From contig JBHIAT010000053.1 in assembly GCA_046758705.1 (NCBI GenBank), forward strand, positions 1 to 20,404: DNA of 20,404 nt, in the 5' to 3' direction. Within the stretch, counting starts at the first letter, position 1. Each line of letters starts with the position of its first letter. This DNA comes from Candidatus Bipolaricaulia bacterium (GTDB lineage Bacteria > Bipolaricaulota > Bipolaricaulia > JBHIAT01). A program made the translations under genes and the position numbers. Below the pieces are notes generated by a model that saw only the letters and a program-made list of their open reading frames with translations, did not search any database and was not told where the DNA came from. Shown piece after piece: positions 15,330 through 20,404 of the stretch.

Positions 15330-16628
15330 TCAATCCGGCGGCAGGGTCAAAGGTTTGACATCGGTGGGACGATAGCTTGCCTGATCCGTCTCGAAGCGCC
15401 GTGGACGAAAACCATAGTTGCCCAGTCGGTTCGTATAGTTCATCAGGATGTTCATCAACTCCATCGCCCGGATATGGCCGAGCCCTCCGTTGACCCCGTC
15501 CCGTTCGGAGAACCGGCTGACCGCATCGGTGCGCACCCCTTCTGCGACTACCACGATCGGGACCGGTTCCCCCGCATGCATCGCCTTAACCGTTCCTTCG
15601 GTGCTCAGTGTCGAGTGATCGGCGGTGATGGCGACGACCAAGGAAGGATCTGGCAGGCGATCCGTTAACACCTTTAAATCTCGGTCGATCTTCTCGATGG
15701 TCTCTACCTTCTTGACTGGGTCCTTCTTATGAGCGATGACATCGGGCCTGAGGTCGTGAATGTGGACGAAGTCGTATGCGTTCAGTTGCTCTATGCCGTA
15801 CGCGTATTCGCGATCGGCTGTTTCAAGGTCGGAAAACTTCGTGTCTATACCCAGATATCTGGCAAGGCCGTTGATCACGGGTTTGGGGGAGATACTCAAC
15901 CCGTTGAGGTTGTACTTCTCTTGGAAGCGGGGTAGTTCCACCTTCTTTGCCGGCCACTTGGTGAGAATGATCGTCCCTTTCGGTCGCGCTCGATTCACCT
16001 CGTGTTGTGACAGAACGCGGTAGGTCCACCTCAGGTAGTTGTTCAAGACATGAGCCGTTCGCTCGGCCGCTTCCGGAGCGCCGACCATCGGCTGGACTGC
16101 CAGCACCGGGAGATCATCGTAGAAAGGATCGGAGTCGGTGATCTGATGAGAGACCTCGCCTCGCATCTTGAGGATACCGAACCATTTCGCCGTGTAGATG
16201 AGCTCAAGCTCGATTCCGGCCTCCCGGTAATGGGGGACGGTCTCCACCAGCGCCCGTCCCTCCTCGGGGCTCAGGCCCATATCCCGTCGAGTCACGATCT
16301 CGATGATGCCGTCGCGGAGTTCCGCCAGGGCGAGGCTTGTGCTGCAAATGACTTCATCCTCTGCGATCGCGACCCCATAACCGGTCGCTTCGAAGACCGA
16401 TCGGCCGGGCCGCCGCTCCAACGGGTAGCCAAAGATGAGATAGTGGGCGACATCCGAGGGTGAAGGCACCCCAGGGGCGATGGTCGTCATCACGCCGTTG
16501 ATCCCCTGAGCGGCCAATGCATTGAGATTGGGGGTATCGGCGACCTCGAGCGGTGTCTTGTCCCCGAGCACCCGCGCTGGTCGATCTCCAATCCCATCGA
16601 GCGTGATGAGCAGGATCTTCTTGCCCAT
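15330..16628 (-). CDS. Cofactor-independent phosphoglycerate mutase-like protein (ApgM type, alkaline phosphatase superfamily)
   Basis: LITLDGIGDRP, TPLEVADTPNLN, PSPSDVAH (phospho-Ser), PDVIAH, TADHST and MHAGEPVP metal ligands. Start moved to ATG 16628. Confidence 0.88.
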   Translation of the reverse strand: MGKKILLITLDGIGDRPARVLGDKTPLEVADTPNLNALAAQGINGVMTTIAPGVPSPSDVAHYLIFGYPLERRPGRSVFEATGYGVAIAEDEVICSTSLALAELRDGIIEIVTRRDMGLSPEEGRALVETVPHYREAGIELELIYTAKWFGILKMRGEVSHQITDSDPFYDDLPVLAVQPMVGAPEAAERTAHVLNNYLRWTYRVLSQHEVNRARPKGTIILTKWPAKKVELPRFQEKYNLNGLSISPKPVINGLARYLGIDTKFSDLETADREYAYGIEQLNAYDFVHIHDLRPDVIAHKKDPVKKVETIEKIDRDLKVLTDRLPDPSLVVAITADHSTLSTEGTVKAMHAGEPVPIVVVAEGVRTDAVSRFSERDGVNGGLGHIRAMELMNILMNYTNRLGNYGFRPRRFETDQASYRPTDVKPLTLPPD

Positions 16629-16645
16629 GCCCGGCGCCCTCTTCC

Positions 16646-17566
16646 TCAGGCGATCCTGGATTTCATCTTCTTCAACTGCCCCTTCGTCTTGGACTTGGAG
16701 TTGGAGTTGGATTGTTGCAGTTGTTCCAGGACGTTGGCCGCCATGCAGTCGTAATCGACCGCTTCCCCACGGCACAGCTTCTCCAGGATGACCTGGGCAA
16801 CGGGGAGACCGAACTCCTCCAGGAACCGGGCCGACTTCTCATCGCTGAACCGCCTCCCCGGGCCGTAATCGACCGAACCGTCCGGGTCTCGATAGCTACC
16901 GCTCAACACACAATGGAGTTGATCTTTGCCGCCCTCCCACTTCCGTCCGAGGAGTCTCACGATCTCGTCTCCGGCATCGATCTTGCGAATCGGATGGAGC
17001 AGCTCGATCCCGAACTCCGCCAGCAGTTTGGCGTAGTGATCGAGGACGATCCCTCGCTGGTTAACCTTGATCCCCCGCTGGTGAATCTCCCGCTCTCCGC
17101 TGATGACGACGCGGCAGCCGATATGTCGGGCGAGCGGCACCCGGATGGCGTGGATGTAGAGATGGCAGCCGACGCACGAGGTGAAAAAGCCGAACTGTTC
17201 ATAGAGTAGATGCTGATACCGCAGATTGAGGGCCAGCCAGAACTTGGGCGAGCCGATCACGGTCGCCTCCAGGACGTGCTCTGCCCCGATCTGGTCACGG
17301 AGCATCTCGATCGCCGCCTCGACCGTGTCCAGACTCCCATACTGGGCGCCATTGTAGGCGACCGTCGGCAGCAAGACGTTCACGTGCCCCTCCTCGAACG
17401 CCTTGATCGCTGCGGCAATGCTGTCCCGGCCGGCGATCTCCACGATCGCTAACCCCGGTATCTCACGCAACTGCGCCGCGCGGTCGATGATCTCTTCCGG
17501 GATGGTGATCTCAGGCTGTTCGGCGAACCGTTCGACAAGGCGCTCACGGATCCCTATAGACTTCAT
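16646..17566 (-). CDS. Uncharacterised protein, adenine nucleotide alpha-hydrolase (PP-loop)-like, with CxxC
   Basis: LAIVEIAGRDSIAAA resembles the beta-strand plus SGGxDS loop; also SCVGCHLYIH, VISGE and QLHCVLS. Start is uncertain (17566, 17584 or 17596). Confidence 0.7.
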   Translation of the reverse strand: MKSIGIRERLVERFAEQPEITIPEEIIDRAAQLREIPGLAIVEIAGRDSIAAAIKAFEEGHVNVLLPTVAYNGAQYGSLDTVEAAIEMLRDQIGAEHVLEATVIGSPKFWLALNLRYQHLLYEQFGFFTSCVGCHLYIHAIRVPLARHIGCRVVISGEREIHQRGIKVNQRGIVLDHYAKLLAEFGIELLHPIRKIDAGDEIVRLLGRKWEGGKDQLHCVLSGSYRDPDGSVDYGPGRRFSDEKSARFLEEFGLPVAQVILEKLCRGEAVDYDCMAANVLEQLQQSNSNSKSKTKGQLKKMKSRIA

Positions 17567-17638
17567 ATTTATCTGTCGCTTCACCCCCTGGGTCAAGTAG
17601 GCAATGTCGCCGAATTGGAAGCATAACTGGAACCGGAC

Positions 17639-18388
17639 TCAAGTCGACTGAGTGAGCTGCTTAATTTCCTCGAGATGCCTTAGGGCTTCTCTCTCGCCGG
17701 CCATGATGCAATCGTCGATATAATCGAAGGCGGTCCAGTCGATCCCCCGGACATCCGGCTGGAGCACCACCAGGTGCTCCTCTCCCAACTGCTCCCGAGC
17801 CAGTGTCTCCTGGGTGCGGGTCAGCTGGCGCCGTGCCATGAGGTCGACCCGAAAGACGACCTCCAAGGTCGAATGCGGCTCATCAAGCGACATTGTACCG
17901 ACGTCGACGGCGATGACCCGATCGGCACCCATCGCAATGGCGGCATCGATGGGCACCAGGTCGACGCCGCCGCCGTCAACGAGATACCGTCCCCTAAGCT
18001 CCACTGGGTGGTAGACGATCGGGACGGTGGCACTCGCCTCGATTGCACAGCAAATCAGTCCTTCCTGGATGAAGACTGGCTCACCGGTGTCAATGTCGGC
18101 GGCGACAGCGGTGAACGGGATATCCAAATCCTCAAACCGAGTATCGCCGGTGAATTGAGCGAACAGCTCGCACATCGTATGTATGTGCGCCTGCGGTTTG
18201 GATGGAGGGGAGTGCCAATCCCGCCGGAACAGGTACTCGGAGGCTGTCCAGCCGAGGAGCCGTCGCAGGGTTTTGGCAAGCCCCTCAGGGATGTTAAGCG
18301 TCTCCTTGAGGTCAAGCCTCTTGATCGTCTCCACCAGCTGCTCCATGTCGAGTCCGCAGACGAACGCGCCGCCGACGGTCGGTTGCAT
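17639..18388 (-). pseudogene. Patatin-like phospholipase lacking its Gly-rich loop and GxSxG nucleophile (in-frame internal deletion; probably inactive)
   Basis: Retains FEDLDIPFTAVAADIDTGE, AIEASATVP, YLVDGG and ADRVIAVDV, but begins MQPTVG-GAFVCG after a strong AGGAGG RBS. The missing motifs were not found upstream in any frame. Confidence 0.75.
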
Positions 18389-18469
18389 CTTGCAATCCTC
18401 CTATATCTCATCGCCGATCAGCCGACCCCATGGTCCGCCGGTTGTCAGGTGGCAACTGGAACGCAGCCC

Positions 18470-19381
18470 TTATACCGTACCTTTCACCAGCTTCTGTTGT
18501 TGAAAATGCCGGCGCATCTCATCAGGGTACTTTAACCGCTCCAGCACCTTGAGCTCGATCTGACGGACCCGTTCCCCGCTCAGACCCACAATCTTTCCGA
18601 CCTCCCTGAGCGTCTTCGACTTCCCATCCACCAACCCGTAACGCAGTTCCAGGATCCTGCGCTCCTTGTCGCTCAACCGGCTGAGCGACCGATCCAGATC
18701 CCGCCTCAGCAACTCCTCAAACCCCTGTTCGCTTGGAGACGGAGCGTGGTGATCCTCGATGAACTCAACAAACAACTCGTTCCCGTCATCGCCGACCGGT
18801 TCGTCGAGCGAGACGATCTGCCGGGGAATCCGTTCGAGAGCCCGTAGATGTTCCACCGGGATCTTCAATTCATCAGCGAGCTGCTTCGGGTCGGCGGGCT
18901 CCTCGTACATCTCCAGATGAGCCTGCTTCGCTTCCTTGACCCTCCTGATATCCCCAGTGATGTGAGCCGGGATCCGGATCACCCATGACTGGTCGTCGAG
19001 CGCCCGGGTGATCGTCTGGCGGATCCACCACGTGGCATAGGTGCTGAACTTACAGCCTTTGCGCCGGTCAAACTTATCGACCGCCTTGATCAGACCTATA
19101 TTCCCCTCTTGGATGAGGTCAAGAAATGGAACGCCGTACCCCCGGTACCGTTTGGCGATGCTGACGACCAGCCGGAGGTTAGCGAGGATGAGCCGCTCGC
19201 GGGCGCTCTCATCCCCTGCCTCAACCCGTCTGGCAAGTTCCAGCTCTTCATCTTTGGAGAGAAGTGACACCCGGCCGATCTCCCTGAAGTAGATGGAGAT
19301 CGAATCCTTGGCCTTGGAACCGCTATTTGAGCCGTCGACCGGTCCGGTTCGGGGCATCGTCATCGTTTTCATGGCGTTCAC
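18470..19381 (-). CDS. RNA polymerase sigma70 factor, RpoD/RpoS-like, without region 1.1
   Basis: Region 1.2 [11 protein letters not shown]; region 2 [31 protein letters not shown] and [11 protein letters not shown]; region 3.2 SLDEPVG; region 4.2 TLREVG...ERVRQIE. Start GTG 19381 follows AGGAGG (alternative ATG 19372). Confidence 0.95.
   Translation of the reverse strand: MNAMKTMTMPRTGPVDGSNSGSKAKDSISIYFREIGRVSLLSKDEELELARRVEAGDESARERLILANLRLVVSIAKRYRGYGVPFLDLIQEGNIGLIKAVDKFDRRKGCKFSTYATWWIRQTITRALDDQSWVIRIPAHITGDIRRVKEAKQAHLEMYEEPADPKQLADELKIPVEHLRALERIPRQIVSLDEPVGDDGNELFVEFIEDHHAPSPSEQGFEELLRRDLDRSLSRLSDKERRILELRYGLVDGKSKTLREVGKIVGLSGERVRQIELKVLERLKYPDEMRRHFQQQKLVKGTV
18499..18962. repeat. 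Direct repeat, copy B (sigma 3' half); partner is 14473-14936
   Basis: 18530-18812 is identical to 14504-14786 (283 bp). Confidence 0.95.
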
Positions 19382-19446
19382 GATTCTTCCTCCTGTTTCA
19401 GTTGATGCCGTGGCACTTCGGATGTCTGTAAGACCACTCACACCCA

Positions 19447-20404
19447 TCACGGCAGGATGCTGATGTATTCTCTCTGCACATGTTGCACCAGCCCTCGGTT
19501 CTTTAAGGACTTTACCAGGACGGCCCGCACCGGTTCTGAAGAACTGATCAGCAAACCTTGCCCGTGCAGCAACCGATCGTAGTGCAGGCGTTTCTCCATC
19601 ACGTACCGCTCGTACTCCTTCAGCCCTGCCTCCAATCCCATCTTTCCATCGATAATCTTTTGGATGATGGCTCCACATCTCCTGCCGAACTTGAGGCTTG
19701 GCCATATCCCCTCGGCGCTCAGCGGGAGGGCCTGGCCGGCAGAATCCCCCACCAGAAAGATCTCGCCAACGACCGGTCTCCGCAAACCGTAAGGGATAAA
19801 ACCGCCGTGCATCTCATCGCCCAACCCCACCCCCAATCGATCGAGGAATGTTTCCAGGTTCTCCTTGATCCGGGTCTCGCCTGCGTAACTGGCTACCCCG
19901 ATCCTCGAGCGGTCCCCGATGGGGAAGATCCAAAACACACCCTGAGGGATCAGCTGCTCATCCAGATAGAAGTGGATCCGGTCGTCCCGATAATCGGCGA
20001 CCGTTTCGAGCCCAAACGCCAAGCTGTTGCTGTCGACGAAATCCGGCCGCAGCGAGCTGGCCAACACCGCCCGCCCGCCGGTGCAATCGACGATGCACTT
20101 TCCGGTGAAGCGACCGGCGTTCGTGATCACGGTCCGGCCCTCCAAGGCGATGACCCCGGCTCTCAGGGAATCGGCCTGAGTCTTTGCAAACAGGAGTTTG
20201 CAGAACTTGCGGTAGTCCAGGGTACAGTATGGCCTGACGAGCTTCACATCGACCCGCTCGTTGGCCATCTCGAACCGCATCGTGTCCAAAACCTGGAGCA
20301 CAGCCGCTTCGCACCCGATCTCCTGGATCAACGCATACGGGGCGCCGCAGGTGGAGGTTTGGTGGGCACCGATATCGGCTCGATCGATCAGCAGGATTCT
20401 GCCG
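19447..20404 (-). CDS. FAD-dependent oxidoreductase, geranylgeranyl reductase/lycopene cyclase-like (5' end beyond the window)
   Basis: The frame stays open to the edge ([22 protein letters not shown]...). Motifs IVDCTG, FWIFP...RIGV and [18 protein letters not shown]. Confidence 0.88.
   Translation of the reverse strand, partial: GRILLIDRADIGAHQTSTCGAPYALIQEIGCEAAVLQVLDTMRFEMANERVDVKLVRPYCTLDYRKFCKLLFAKTQADSLRAGVIALEGRTVITNAGRFTGKCIVDCTGGRAVLASSLRPDFVDSNSLAFGLETVADYRDDRIHFYLDEQLIPQGVFWIFPIGDRSRIGVASYAGETRIKENLETFLDRLGVGLGDEMHGGFIPYGLRRPVVGEIFLVGDSAGQALPLSAEGIWPSLKFGRRCGAIIQKIIDGKMGLEAGLKEYERYVMEKRLHYDRLLHGQGLLISSSEPVRAVLVKSLKNRGLVQHVQREYISILP

Noticed and set aside
16689-16723. TTGGAG-like hexamer repeats
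   Set aside because: A short imperfect repeat encoding the low-complexity SNSNSKSK tail; no evidence of phase variation.
16629-16775. N-terminal extension of the phosphomutase ORF (likewise the HAD extension 12330-12386)
   Set aside because: Both overlap the upstream genes, and family similarity begins at the downstream ATG.
89-19292. All plus-strand ORFs in the track (e.g. 150-515, 4029-4610, 12374-13168, 17774-18535) and off-frame minus-strand ORFs
   Set aside because: They are shadows of well-supported minus-strand genes in GC-rich DNA and carry no recognisable motifs.
19382-19705. 108-codon N-terminal extension of the sigma ORF, a possible region 1.1
   Set aside because: It overlaps the oxidoreductase gene, is not acidic like region 1.1, and a strong RBS precedes GTG 19381.

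Overview
GC-rich bacterial region in which every credible gene lies on the minus strand. It reads as a copper-homeostasis island with four transcription units. Three units start inside the window, each at a sigma70-type promoter overlapping or adjacent to the same C-tract/G-tract palindrome (CCCACCCCA-N2-TGGGGTGGG, CsoR/RcnR-operator-like) at 4945, 8921 and 15092. In transcription order: Unit 1 (starts beyond the right edge) is FAD oxidoreductase, RpoD/RpoS-like sigma factor, N-terminally deleted patatin, PP-loop-like protein and ApgM-like phosphomutase. Unit 2 is a chimeric oxidoreductase::sigma ORF, ICMT-family membrane protein, beta-CASP nuclease, HAD nucleotidase and MMPL/RND transporter. 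Unit 3 is DOMON protein, cytochrome b, small membrane protein, His1 exported protein and NDH-2. Unit 4 is HMA-like protein, CopA, Rieske protein, YHS protein, His/Cys-rich zinc-ribbon protein and FtsH (runs off the left edge). Two results stand out. First, a split, atypical Rieske/cytochrome b/NDH-2/DOMON electron-transfer module shares an operator with copA. Second, a segmental duplication plus in-frame deletion produced an apparently expressible sigma region 3-4 chimera with mosaic identity. No repressor gene, c-type cytochrome, RNA gene, transposase or CRISPR array was seen. All calls are from manual motif reading; no database searches were run.
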